Below are positions 36,701 to 58,475 of a DNA stretch of 64,000 nt, piece by piece (position 1 is the stretch's first letter; the number at the start of each line of letters is the position of its first letter). Under the pieces are notes generated by a model. That model ran no database searches. It had not been told where the DNA came from and worked only from the letters and a program-made list of their open reading frames with translations. The DNA lies in contig NW_003526943.1 of the NCBI RefSeq assembly GCF_000181795.1, positions 9,656,849 to 9,720,848 on the forward strand. The letters run 5' to 3'. Source of the DNA: Trichinella spiralis (Eukaryota). A program made the translations under genes and the position numbers.

Positions 36701-37647
36701 AAACAGGATGGAGACTTTCAGAAAATCATCACAAGGACAAAATAAATTTTTACTAAGGAGAAAATGACATTATAAAACATCAAATTTTCCGCAAAAAATG
36801 TAAAATATTTATTATTTAATTTTATTTAGTTTAATTGCACGTTTGCATTAAGTTTAACATATTTTATAAACAGCGTGCTAAGACACCCTGGCATGAATGT
36901 TTTTGGTAATTAGGAAACCTCAATAGCAGCCGAAACAGCCAATAGTCAAAAAACTGCTCTCTGCAAATTGCCCCAAAAAATATATTACATTATGCAACTA
37001 TTTTTTCAAACTTTTAATTAATACCACATTATCTTTGTTCTATCAGAAGATGTATAGTGAATGAACACTATTTAATACTTTTAATACTATCTACACTATT
37101 TAATACTTTATTATGCATCTATAAATTTAACACGAAACTTGATGATGCGTAATGTTTAAGCATAAAATATCTGATTTGATGGTGAGAATACAACGTTGGA
37201 ATGCTTATACTGATAACATGAAACTTAAATAAATGTTATTGTAAAAATTATTTTTAATCCAGCATGGAAAAATGATTTGTCTTTTTAATTTTTTTCACAA
37301 ATTGTGCATATAATTATATTTTAATATGTATATATATATCCGTTTTGTTTACTCAACTAAGTTGCTATCGACGATATAAAAACCAAATTAAGATATAAAA
37401 ATTTTAATTAAAAAAATTTACATTGATTTAAATGTTTTACTTCCAATTAATTTAACCAAATATTTTATATATGAAAAGAAATGAAAAGAATTTTTATTCT
37501 TAAAATTATAAGCAGAAAATTCATAGTGGAAATTATAACAAACAGTAATAATATAATAGTAATGTTAAAATAGAAATGAAAAAATAGGAGTATAAAAAGG
37601 ATTCCTAGGAATTGTTTTATAAACATTGTTTCAGCATTTTGACCGCA

Positions 37648-37746
37648 GCCCCAGTGGCGCAATCGGTTAGCGCGTCGTACTTATAAGGCAGTGCTTGATC
37701 TGCTAGCGATATGCGAAGGTTGTGAGTTCGATCCTCACCTGGGGCA
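37648..37746 (+). tRNA. tRNA-Ile(UAU) with a 25-nt intron (37686-37710)
   Basis: Acceptor stem GCCCCAG/CTGGGGC; anticodon stem TCGTA/TGCGA; CT-TAT-A followed by an intron at the canonical 37/38 position; GTTCGATCC B box. Confidence 0.92.
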
Positions 37747-40115
37747 TTACTTTATATCTACACATTTTCTTGTTAAATTTAAATACAGTTATGAAGAATA
37801 TACTTACCGACGTTTTTCACTTCAATTATAATCTAGTGCAGTAATTATTTAAAATATTCACATCTTTTAATTCTCAGAACAGCATCAGCTATCCGTCCAC
37901 TTAGTTCATAATGCTTTTAGTTCTTCCAGTAATAAATATTGTTTGGAGGAAAATGCTCACAAAGATCATTATGTTGAATTTCGAAAAAATGTTCTCACTC
38001 AGATATAAGTTAATTTGCATCTCTGCTTCGTGATTTCAATATCATTCTCCTCATCACAAAACATAGTGCATTATTTAATAAATTTCCAAAACAAATGAGG
38101 AATACTTCCATTGTACATATGCTATATAATTTTTTATGGAATGTTAATTCATTTGCGTGAAATAGAAAAAAAATATGATATTTGCAAAATACTGAATAAG
38201 AAACATATTGTCTTCAAAACAAATTAGGCAGGCAAAATAAAAGTAAAAGCCAATATTTCTGTGCTCGACTCATTTTTTAGTTCTTATTATTTTATTTTTG
38301 TATTAAATATTTCATTAATGGACTACATTGGTTTTAAGAAATAATATGCAAAAGTAACTTTATAAACTTTAAACTTTAAACATTGAAATACATGCCAGCT
38401 GTTCATAATTTAATGCATACGCTCACAAACCATATAATTTTGATGTGCAAGTTTTTGCATTAAAAATTAATATTTCTTTTTAAAATTTTATATTAAATTT
38501 TGTTAAAAAATTATTATATTCATAATTCATACTTTAATGCTATTTTTTTGTTTTTGAATATTGTTCACAATTGCTTTATAAAACATTACAGTATGATTAG
38601 AATTTGGCAAATGTCTTGTTTAAACAATTCATTTTTGCTATAAAAATATAAACGAATGAAATAGACATTTTTAAAAAATTATATCATTAGGTTTTTTATA
38701 TTTTTAGGATGAAAATATAGATGATTTTTTGTAAATAATATAAACATTGCTTTTTATTTGTGTACAACAAACCTTCTTGTCATTGTTCTTACTGTTTTTT
38801 TGCTCTGTATCGCTGAGGCGCTACGAAAACTTTTTACGTTTCATTTTTTGTGCATGATAAGGACTCTCAGCAATAGGTCGTGTAGTCAGCAAGCAAAAGG
38901 TGTGTATACCGTTTTTTAGCGCCGAGCTGATGGAAACACAATAGAATATGGCCAGGTTTTTTGTGTGCATTGTTTCATTGCTTTTCCATTAATCATCATT
39001 CTGGGCTACAGGTGTCAATATTTATTAAAAATATCTTGTAATTTGCATTTATTATAGATTGTAATTAGTTTAAATACTGTTTTGTTTCATTTTGGACATT
39101 TTAAAATATTTTAATTTTCATATATTATGGGCTTAATTTTCATTTAAATGTTTCAAAATTGTCATATAATTTTTTGCACATTAATGCTTTATGATACCGT
39201 GAAAAGATGCTACCGTTTGTGAAGTTTTTACATTTTCTTTCATTTGAAGTCAGTTTACTTTAAATAGTCCAATGATCAGGGGCGCTGTTTTTTGTTTAAT
39301 CGTATGCAGACCAGGTGATACGTTCTATTTTTCTATTTCTGATTGCAGAGATTGTAATTTTGATAAGGCTGCAATTTTTTTTTATTAAGAATTGTTTAAA
39401 CTTTTAAAGTAACGTTTTACATTTGAGAATGGAAATGTCAAATATTTTTTTGCATACTATATTAATGTTTGTTTTTTGGTAACTATTTAAACATTTTTGC
39501 ATTTGAATTTTACATTAACATTATTTAGTTCTAAAAATGGTTGAAGCTGAATTTTTTGCGTTCAAAACGCAATGTAAATATTTCTGCTTTTAAGAAAGTT
39601 GCATGTTGTTATCAAAGATTGTTAGTTATTTTCATTTGATTGTTTATATTGTGCTGATGTTGAGACATTTGTAGTGGATTTTTGAGTTTAGCTAAAAAAA
39701 ATTTCCTTTTTTGAAATTTTGTTCAGCATTGTTTCAATTCTGTGTATAGTTTTCAGTGTTTGAAATGTATAAGGTTTCAGTTAGTGAGTACTGATTTTCA
39801 TTAGATGGCACTTTTTTTAGTATAATAATACACGAAAACGTTTTGACGTTTTCAATAATTTATATTTATTGAACGCGTAGTCAAATTGTTTGTTGATAAT
39901 ATTCAGTAAAAGTATTGCGTAATATTTTTCAAAAGACTTATTTAATATTTGATATAGTTATGCAGTACTGTTTTTAGTATTTTATTTTAATTCTCTCAGT
40001 GCGAAATAGAAGAATATGAGAATTGCAATTTTGAATTTCAGTATTTAGAATTTGGACACTGCTATTGAATTAACTTTCAGTAAATGATAGTGTGCTTTTA
40101 CAGAACGGTCCTTTG

Positions 40116-45595
<5,480 letters not shown>

Positions 45596-47080
45596 TTCAG
45601 TTTTGTCGTGTTTTTAATATGTTTGGCTTCTGTGTGTTTGTACATCAGCTATAATAATAATGCACGATAACGCTGCAGTAGAAATTCTCACTTTCTTTAT
45701 TGCACCGTTTTCTTTTTCTTTATTTTAATTAAGTTGACATTTCTTACTTTATCCATTTTATATATATATATACATATTCATATTTATAGATAGAAAAGTA
45801 CTATACAATATAGGCGCTTATGACATAATACCCATTATTTCGTTTTTTGGCAATTATAAATGGTCGAGAAGAGAAATTACTACATGGCTCTTGTGATGAT
45901 GCCTGTTTTCTTTAGTTTTTTTTTGAGAATGTGAACGATTTTTTTTGCTTGCAGTGTATCTATTTTTTCGGAAAGAATGTATGGACTGTTTACGTTACAT
46001 ATGTAATTAATTTGTAGTTTAATTTATCAAAATAAAGGTCTACTTATAAATGAATATTGATTGCATTTTTTATGTTCACGTCGTAGTGGGTTTATGAATG
46101 TTTTACCAGTTAGAGAATTGATGAACTGTTTTATAACTTTAATTAAGTCGTAATAGAGTTTATGAGGTAGTAAAAATTAAAAATTTTCTATTCTTAAATG
46201 CCGATCACGATTAAATGTGTTACAATTATTTTTTTGTGAAGTTCTGCCCTGCAACTACAGTGCAACTTACAGTAATTTTGAAACAATATGCAAGTATACG
46301 CTGTATCACAAAATATTTTTCACGAAATAAAAGTACCTAAATCAATTTAACAAAGATGACAATTTGAAAAAAAATTATTTTTGTTTTTTTAATTACTTTT
46401 CATATTTTACTACGTAGCGTGACTGTTTTAAATTTCAATTGTTTACAATCAATAAGGCTTGATGGAAATGTTATGCAAACAAAAGAGACTGAAAACTGAG
46501 AAATGTAGCTAGCGATCAAATCCTCCTAGAATGGCATGAAAAAATTTTTTTCTAATTATTTCGCCAGGCATATTTAAATTTACAACTAAAAAACTTAAAA
46601 TAAAAATAATATACCGTCCGTGCAATAAACATTAGGCATGTTTGTGTAATGAACGTACAATTTTGATGTAAACTGATAAAACATGATCAGTAAAAATTAA
46701 AAAAACACATTTAAGAAAAATAAAGTTTTTTATTGTATAAATTTAAAGTTTAATTTATAGTTAAAAGTTTTGTGCATTATTGATTTTATGTTGTGTTTAT
46801 AAACAAACTTTATTTTATTTTGTCTGTGCTACGATACTGTAGATGCCAATTGATTATTAGCCTGAAAGGAAAACATCGGTGTTGTGAAGTTTCAATAAGG
46901 TTAGTCGGGTGGGAGTTGTTGTTAGAATAAAAAACAATCTAAAAGTCATTGAATATTTTTAATTTAAGTGAATAATATATCATTTTAACTTCTGTTGTTT
47001 GTTTGATGTAAATTTATTGTGGAAAATCTGCAGCAGCCGTCATTTTTTAGTTTTGCAAGTGTGAACACGTTGCAGTGAAA

Positions 47081-48183
47081 ATGGTAAATCCTCGTCTTCA
47101 GCGGAGAGTTAGTGCTATAAGAAGAGCACAAATTTTATCGAAAAAGATTCAAGCAAGATCCCAGGTGCGAATGTTTCGAACGAAAATATCAAGTTCACGT
47201 ATGTTTCTTACACCGGAGGCTAGGCCGTTTTCTCGTCGCAGACTGTTCAATCTGACATCTAGCAGTCGAGTGGAACAACAAGTAAAATACATATGCAAAT
47301 ATTGTTTATCCCGTTTATGTTTGTTTTTGCCAAATATTTATATGATAAGTGAAAGACAAGTTTGTTTCTTGTTTAGCTGCCGTTGCAGGTTGATACGCCA
47401 ATGATGTCTGTTAAAAACAACACTAATCGATTGGGCATCATCGTAGTGAGCAATTTAGCGATGTCGGTTACGAAAGCAGATCTTGTCGAATTATTTTCTT
47501 CCGTTGGATCTCTTCAAAAAGTGCCACGCATGCTTCGTCCTGGCATAGCTGTTGTCACGTTTAAAAAGAAATCCTCTGCTCTGCTAGCAGTAACTCAATT
47601 TCATGGAACACGTTTAGATGGTAAAGCTTAATAATGACGCTTTTTGCAGATGAAGTTAGCAATGAATGAACAGTTGTTTTAATGACTACTAGTTAGTTTA
47701 TAAAGTTTTTAACTAGCGAACGTTGATTAGTAATTTATTTCCAATTGAATTTTTTAAAAAATATTTTTATTACAGAATAGAATAATATTTTGAAGTATTA
47801 TTTATTTTTATTGTTTGTTTTATATAAAGTATATTTTTAATTGAGATTTATCTATATTTATATATTGTTACTTAGAAATAGCTGAAGTCAGTTTTGATTT
47901 TTTTTTCATTTAACCAACTGTTTTACTAAATAAGAAAACTATTTTTTTTCAAATAATGAATCGCATACGTTTCAGGGCAGACTTTATTCATCGAAATAGT
48001 GGCTACAGAACCTGACAACAACAACAACAACAACAACGGGTAACTGTTTCTTGTTAACATTTCTGTTAGTTATTTATTAGTTGTTTTATTTTCAGTCAGA
48101 TGAAATATTCGCCTGCGGGCGTTCGAGCCCGTAGATCAAATTTAAAAATTTTACGAAGCGTTCGTCCACGAATAGCATTTTGA
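47081..48183 (+). CDS. Basic RRM protein, POLDIP3(SKAR)/ALYREF-like; 4 exons
   Basis: IVVSNLAMSVTKADLVELFSSVGSL...RPGIAVVTFKKKSSALLAVTQFHGTRLDG-QTL; Arg-rich termini; GT-AG splicing keeps the frame to TGA at 48183. Confidence 0.75.
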
Positions 48184-48664
48184 CAATTTTTACTCATCGT
48201 CCTGGGCTTGTAGTTTGATTGAATTCGTTCATTTCTGAAAGTTTTTTTCTCATGAAATTTAAATTGAAATGGGATATGATGTTTAGCGTAAGAAGTATGA
48301 TATTTATTACAAACTACTACTGATTTTATTTAAATTGTCCTGCATTACTGTAGTAAAATTTTCACGTATATGATTTTGTATTACTTTTAAAATGATACAA
48401 AAGTGAAGTTTCATGATTGTTAACCGATTGAAGTGTTGAAAAATTTTTCAGTTGTAGATATTACCTACATAAACAATCTGCCTGCATAAATTTGAAGCGC
48501 TGTATTTTTTTTTCATTCACTCTCGCTATAACAACTACACTGATCAGATCGTAACTTCAATATTAGTGCTTAATATTTAATTGTATTGAAATCGTATGCA
48601 AGCTTTACTCAGACAGATAAAACCATGTATGAAAAAAACGCTTGCACGCAGACAAAAGGTAAAG

Positions 48665-49268
48665 TCATTTTAAACAATCGCTAAAACACTGCTGCTCATC
48701 TTCTTCGCTTTCTGGTTCATAATCTGGATCATCATCACTTTCAGAAATTTTAAAATAAGATGGCAATGAAATGATTGACATTTTGGTTTCGCTTCCTGAT
48801 TCAATAACGAAAAACTCTCGACGAGCAACATCTTGATCTTTGTTTTTTTCGCAGTCTTTTTTTAAGTATCGTTTCCTTAATTCTTCAATGTCGATCTGTT
48901 GTTCCTAATAGTAATATCATTTTTTTCAATCAAAACATTCTTTTATTTTCAATGATAGATGGACAAGCATGCATTTTAAAAAATCCATTAAAAGTTGAAT
49001 ACACAATTTTAAAATAAACAAAATTTTTTAATTAAGTCCATAAGTAATGAATTAGTAACAAGAAATTTCAATTCACCTCTTCTAAAGCTTTCAGTTCTTC
49101 CTCGAGATTTTCATTTGAAATAAATCCCATGCGTTTTTCTGGAGCTTCGTTGTTTTCGCACGTTTCTTCTTCTAACGGTTTTTGTTCGGAAGATTCGGAA
49201 TCATCATACACAATGCTTTCAGCTTCCGTTTCACCCTCATCGCCGGAATTTAGTTTTGTTAAATACAT
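48665..49268 (-). CDS. Small acidic protein of unknown function; 2 exons
   Basis: MYLTKLNSGDEGETE...LEEELKALEE|EQQIDIEELRKRY...SDDDPDYEPESEEDE...CLK*. The GT-AG intron (~48907-49076) is in frame. Confidence 0.65.
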
Positions 49269-50686
49269 ACTATCACCGTTTTATACAACCCTTCAGAATG
49301 AGTGATTATATATTATTGAAATGCAGGTTTCAGAAATAGAGTACAGTAAACAAAATATGATGATTAAATTTTAAAAAAATTAATTGGAAAAATTTCAGTA
49401 AAAGTATGCTCAAAAATTTTAATTAAATTTAATTTTAAGAAAATGACAAGTCTGATAAAATAATTTGAGTTGAAATAAAATATTAGCAGGGTAAAATAAT
49501 ATAAAATGGTCAAGTACAAATAAATAAAATTTGAAATGATACTGTATAATATGCAATAAAGATAAAAACGAAAATTCAGCATCTCAAATTTTTTAAATAT
49601 TGGTCTACTTCATAAATTTTAAAAATATTCGTCACATGATCAACTTCGGGTACACTATTTGAGCAACACAAAAACTGATAGAACATGTTTTATAAACCAA
49701 TAAATTTGAATAAACATTTTAATTATAAGGATTGAATAAATTGCATTTCCTTAAAAAAGCATTTAAAAATGACGCAAGATTGATCAAACAGTTCTTGCTT
49801 CACGAAAAGTGCCCAGTTGGTTTAGAATTTCATTGTTGTTTCTGCTAAAATTTATTTTCGGGCAATGAATATCTGATTTTAGCTTCAGTTTTATTTAAGT
49901 ATCTCTCTAAAAATCAATAAATTTTACAATTTACAATAAAATTTACATGAAAGAGGATGCATCTCTCTCGAAATGTAACATCTAATTAACCTAGAATAAA
50001 AGTTTCGTGAAGTACAAAAAATAAATTCATAAAATGAATGTTCAATAATATTGTGCCATAAAAGAAGAAGGATCTATCTGGAATTTTCACTTAATGATGT
50101 ACTCTAGGCTGGGGGCGCATGTGTGGAATTAACACGAAATTAGCTGACTAAAGCTTAATAGAATCAGAAAAAGTACTGTAAAATAAGCTAGTAACAGCGA
50201 AAATATTAATAACGAAAGTCTATTAATATGACAGCATGTTGTAATTATATCAATGCATCAACATGTTTGAAAAATCATTACAACTGCTTTTGATGTGATT
50301 TCATCTCGATGCGATTCAGTGCTTTTCAAATAAGGCAGTGATTAATCTGCTTCTAATGGTAATCGGTTTTTTTCTGCTTTTTATGAATTTATTACACGTA
50401 AATCTATTTTCAAAGACAACCATTTTATTACTTTTATGAAATATTATCTTTAATTATGTTCAGCATTTGTGAAATTGTTTGTTTTGCTTGAATTATAGTT
50501 TCACAAACGTTTCAACTAAAAAGTAGCATAATTTTAATAAATATGTTGTGAATTTACAAAGAAAAAAATTACAAAATAATCAGATCTTTGTAATAAAGTA
50601 AATAATTAGCATATTCGAATGAGACGCAAGTATTGCAGTAAATTTATGTAATGTGGAGAAAGTGTGCACCGTTAAGAGATATTCAA

Positions 50687-51851
50687 TCAAAGCACCTTGA
50701 AACATTTTAAGACAACAAATGTCGTTGAGGCAACAACGATAAGCATTTGAAAAGTTCTGCGGGGACGATCGTTCTGATAACGCAAAACAACCGGATTAAT
50801 CAGAAAGCTCAATGAATTTTTTCTCCACATCTCTTCCAATTTCTGTTTATCCGTTTCAACTTGATAATGTGAACATGGATCTCTTGACCAACCACACCAG
50901 TACAAGGCGCATGATACAACCGACGTTCCACAGGTTGTTCCCCAAACGATGGGCAGGTTAGGAAAATAACATACAATAATCACTGTTGCACTGCCTAACA
51001 GGACGGCAGTACGATGTAAGAAATTTCCTATCGATATGCTACATTTCGCTTGGTTAGCTGAAGTAGAAAAAAAGTTTTGAGAAATAGAAATAAACAAATA
51101 TAAAAAACAGTAGAATATAAAACAAAAAAGGAATATAATTTTGAAAATATCACAATATTTCCAAACTACTGAACTGCACTGAATTTTTTTAATAAACTCT
51201 GCCAACAACATTATAATGCACATGTAAGAGGAAGTGTACAAGGTAAGAAACAGCCATGCAACTTTATTTCAAGAAAAAGAAAACTTCTGTAATTTAATCA
51301 AATAACAAAACTGACAGAAATATCCAAATTAACTGCCACTGGCAGTTACTAAACATATATTCAAATAGTGTTATTGTATTTTACTTTATAATTTCTGTAA
51401 AGTTGAACGCAACGCAGCATTTATTCCAAAATAGTCCACAATCAAGCAAGAAATTTAATTATTCATTATATTACTAAATACTTTTTGAAGTATTTATTGT
51501 TTAGGTAATCTTTAAATTATCTGTAAGCTGCAGCAGATCCAGATTTAAAAGCAATATAATAATAGTATTACTTCTAATCAATATACTGAACACATTTATA
51601 AGCAATTTTCAATGCTTTCAATTATAGAAAAAAACAGACGGTAATCTCTTAAAACCATTAACTGTTCAACAGCATCCAGTATCAGACTTGGAAAAAGTTT
51701 CCATCAGCTTACCCAATACAGTAGGTTCAATGACAATGTACGAACACTTCTCCATCAAAGCTTTTTCAAGCTCAGCAACCGCGTAACCGTTTTCTCGTAA
51801 ATATGCGTCATCAATAACCACAACGTCGCTATGCTCCTGTGGCAGAGACAT
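50687..51851 (-). CDS. TMEM11: Mitochondrial transmembrane protein 11; exons 51713-51851 and 50687-51057
   Basis: ELEKALMEKCSYIVIEPT, IGNFLHRTAVLLG, ALYWCGWSRDPCSHYQVE, PVVL. Confidence 0.9.
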
Positions 51852-52952
51852 CTAAACTGAATAGTAATTTCAGAAAATTAATTCAAAACTTTAAAATAAA
51901 TAAATATATATATTAATTTATATAATATTGAAAATGCGTGCACTGCCGTAATAACGAAATTTCAAAACAATGCGAATTACTGTTAAACTACTGTTAAAAT
52001 TTTGTTCTATAAAACTATACTATTTATACAAATGGAATATATCTACCAAATGCATAAAAACACATAAAAAAGCATAGCGACCGTATGTGACAAAATCAAA
52101 AAGTTTCAAAAGAGAAGTTACATATACTCAGTTTACACTGCTATTTATATACAAAGCACTATGCTTTCTTTTTAAGACCATTTTTAAATGTTAAATCAGT
52201 CTTCAGGAGAAAATACAACAAGAAACAATAAGAATAATATAATTCTATTGGTATTGTAAATAGAAATAATTTGAAAATAAAACAGGAAATTTCCAACACG
52301 TGAAGATTACCATTAAGCATGTACTTTCATTTTTGCAGAATACTAGAATCTGAAACTACTTTTGCTGAGCAAAAATTTTAAAGCCTCTACAACTTACAGC
52401 TTTTATATCATTTTTTCGAAATAAAATCAAGCACAGTAAGATACAGTACAATAATTAAGAAATTCATGACCAAATAAGCAATGATTCAAACACATAATGC
52501 AAAATAAAATTTGAAATTCATTTTGTAATTTTCATTTTAATTTTAATCTCTTACAGGTTAATTGTTTCAATATTAGAATTGAATTTTAATTGTAATTTTA
52601 ACTGTGAAGTGGAATTTTAATTTAAACTAACGTAATTTAGTTTTCGATTTAGAAGTACTGCATGATAAATGAACTTTAATAATGATGCAGAGTTTCGTGC
52701 ACATTTTTGCTGTACAATAATTCATCAATTAATTTAATGAAGTTGAAATGCAATTAATCACGTAATTTCATTTATCATGAATTAAAAGTTCATTTCATTC
52801 CAAATTTGTTACATGAAAAATGCAAACAAATATTCTAGTACATAATGTTGCAAACTGATAATGATCACGTTTTATTCAAATTTGAAAAATGCAACGATAT
52901 GCAAAAACAAAATTTGTAAATCAAAAAAATGGAAGGAATTTCGCTCGTTTAA

Positions 52953-55941
<2,989 letters not shown>

Positions 55942-57290
55942 CCTATTTATGCATTAAGTTCTGAACATAGTATGGAAAACATTTTAGAAAACAGTCCAAT
56001 TTAAGCATCATAGAATACAGTAAATGCAATTTAAAATCAAGTTCATCAGTTCAAAACTATATTTTTTGTTCATTCAAATGAACTTTATTCTCGTTTTATT
56101 AATTTTTATTTAATAAAATGTATCAATTTCTGAATATAATGAATTTTAAAAATAACAGAGTTGTCATTTCAGAATTTTTCATAATTCTTTTTAGATATCT
56201 CATTTGGAATTGCTCGTTATTCTTTGTAAAATGTGTATTCTTTGAAACGATTTAAAAAATTTCGATATTTTTGCTTAATATTTCAATTTAAAATAATTTT
56301 AATCAAAATTTCTTATAAAACTTTCAAGCCGTTGCAGTTTGTTTTTTATTTTCCTGTTTTTTTAATTATGAAATCTTTGGGTTTGTTATTATGATGCTTT
56401 TTCAAATGCTTTTATAGCTTACTTTTTTTCCTTCTTGAACAGTCAACATTAAAAAATAATAAAACCTAAGAGATTAGGTTTATTTAGAGTTGCTATTTAA
56501 AAATGTGTAGTTGATGCAATATGTAACAGCAATAATTTTATTATAAATAAATAAATAATGAACGAAATTTCAACTTCGGAAAAAATTGAGTATACTTGGT
56601 ACTTTCAAATGCAGTTCAACTTTTTCCATTCCTGAAACTGGAGACATTCTAGAGCAGAAAAATAAAGTGACATGCAGTACAATAGCATATATTAAAAACC
56701 CGAAATTCAATATTGTACCATCATATTAAGCAAATTGGTAATCAATTTCACCGTTTATGGAGTCCAGATATCGGCAGCGACTGAGCATGTGGGAGTGATA
56801 GCAAAAAAATCAGGTGATTCTGACTAACAAAGGGAACTTTCGGTTGAATGTTGTGTAGAAAGGCAACCAAATATTGCCCAGGCAAGAAGTAAAATGAGCA
56901 GCTAATATAATAAGAGAAATGACAAGAAGGATCGTCAAAATAGAACAGATGTGGTAGTAGCAGTAGTAGAAGTACTATCCATTTTACCATCTAAATGGAA
57001 AATTATCTAATAAAAGTAAAATAACGATTTTAAACTAGAAACATTAAACACCTTTAGTAAATTTTACTAAATTACATATTTTCTTTAGTATTGTTAAATT
57101 ATTTAATGTATCATGCATCCTATCAAAGCGTTTTCTGAAATCGACAGTTTGTATATTTTTCAAATGAATAAATATTTTCATATTTAAAAAAAGACGGACA
57201 AAATTTATTTATTCCATATTTATTTTCATGAATATAATTTTTCTACAAATTAGTATATGTATACAGTAGATAAAACGATAGAAAAACGAA

Positions 57291-57362
57291 TGACTCGTGA
57301 GTGATTTGAACACCCAACCTTCTGATCTGGAGTCAGACGCGCTACCGTTGCGCCAACGAGCC
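57291..57362 (-). tRNA. tRNA-Trp(CCA)
   Basis: Reverse complement GGCTCGTTGGCGCAACGGTAGCGCGTCTGACTCCAGATCAGAAGGTTGGGTGTTCAAATCACTCACGAGTCA; 72 nt; anticodon CCA. Confidence 0.95.
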
Positions 57363-58475
57363 TACAAAAATTCCCTTTTATTAAATGTATATTAAAGGCA
57401 TAAACGTAAAGTACTCTGCTTTTCCATTAGTAAATTTTCGAAAATTAGCAAATTACATTTAAACTATAATTAACAAATAGAATTGAATTTAAAAACACTG
57501 CCTTTAAATTCAGTATAGAAAGAAAAAACAGCTTTTTCAAACAGAGATGGAGACATGTGATAGTAATGCGCAGCAATTTTGTGTCCACATTTGAATTTTC
57601 ATCTTGCGGATTCAGTGCATGCATTTAGTTACATGATTTATTTATTTATTGATGTATTTTCAAGTAAAATTTCATATTTGATTATTTTTTTTTACCAGTT
57701 TCGGTATGCATTAACATTTCAGTTGAGAAAAAATAGTTGGCAAGCATTGATTGTAAGTATATTTGTTTGGCTATTCAGCACTGTTTCAGCTTTTTTATTA
57801 GTTCAGATGAGAAGTGCCTTAGAAACAGAAACATAGTATGCTTACGCTGAGCCTGAATGGTCGCCATTCATCATCTACATCTGTTGTAGAAATGATGCAG
57901 ATTATTTTTAGAAATTTAATATTATTTGATAATTAATTATGCGCTGTTTTAATTTCTTCTGTTGTTACTTTAATTTACCTTACATTGGTTACTGATTCAA
58001 TTTTTTAATTTTTCATAATGAAAATTAAAAGAAAAGATATCGCATAGAAAATAAAATCAAAATAATTATTCAGTAAAATTTACAATCATTTTTCGACAGC
58101 AACAAAGTATAAAAATAAATGTCAATTCAATATTATAGATAGGCTTGGTTGTTCGCATGAGCAAATACTTGAATTTCATTACTTTTTGTAACCTATATAA
58201 TTTAATTGTAGTGGACTACTTAGTTTGCCTGTTAATTTTTTGCATTTGACATTAGATAAATATTTATAATTTGTTTTTTTATTACTATTACTAAAATTTA
58301 ATTGTTCTTATTTATTTATTTAAATGTGCAGTGAATGCAAAAGACTAAATTGATGTTTTGCTTTTAATTTTGATTTCCATTTCTGTAGATGATAAGTTGC
58401 TTGTTACATGTGTGTAGTTGTTACTGATTTTCTATACTAGTGTTTGGTGTTTAGCGTTTGAAGTTAACAATAATT

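Noticed and set aside
37686..37710. Intron in tRNA-Ile(UAU)
   Set aside because: Normal for eukaryotic Ile(UAU) genes; not novel.
52661..52779. 13-bp inverted repeat (catgataaatgaa/ttcatttatcatg) downstream of PI4K2
   Set aside because: AT-rich with a largely unpaired interior; insufficient for a MITE or miRNA call.
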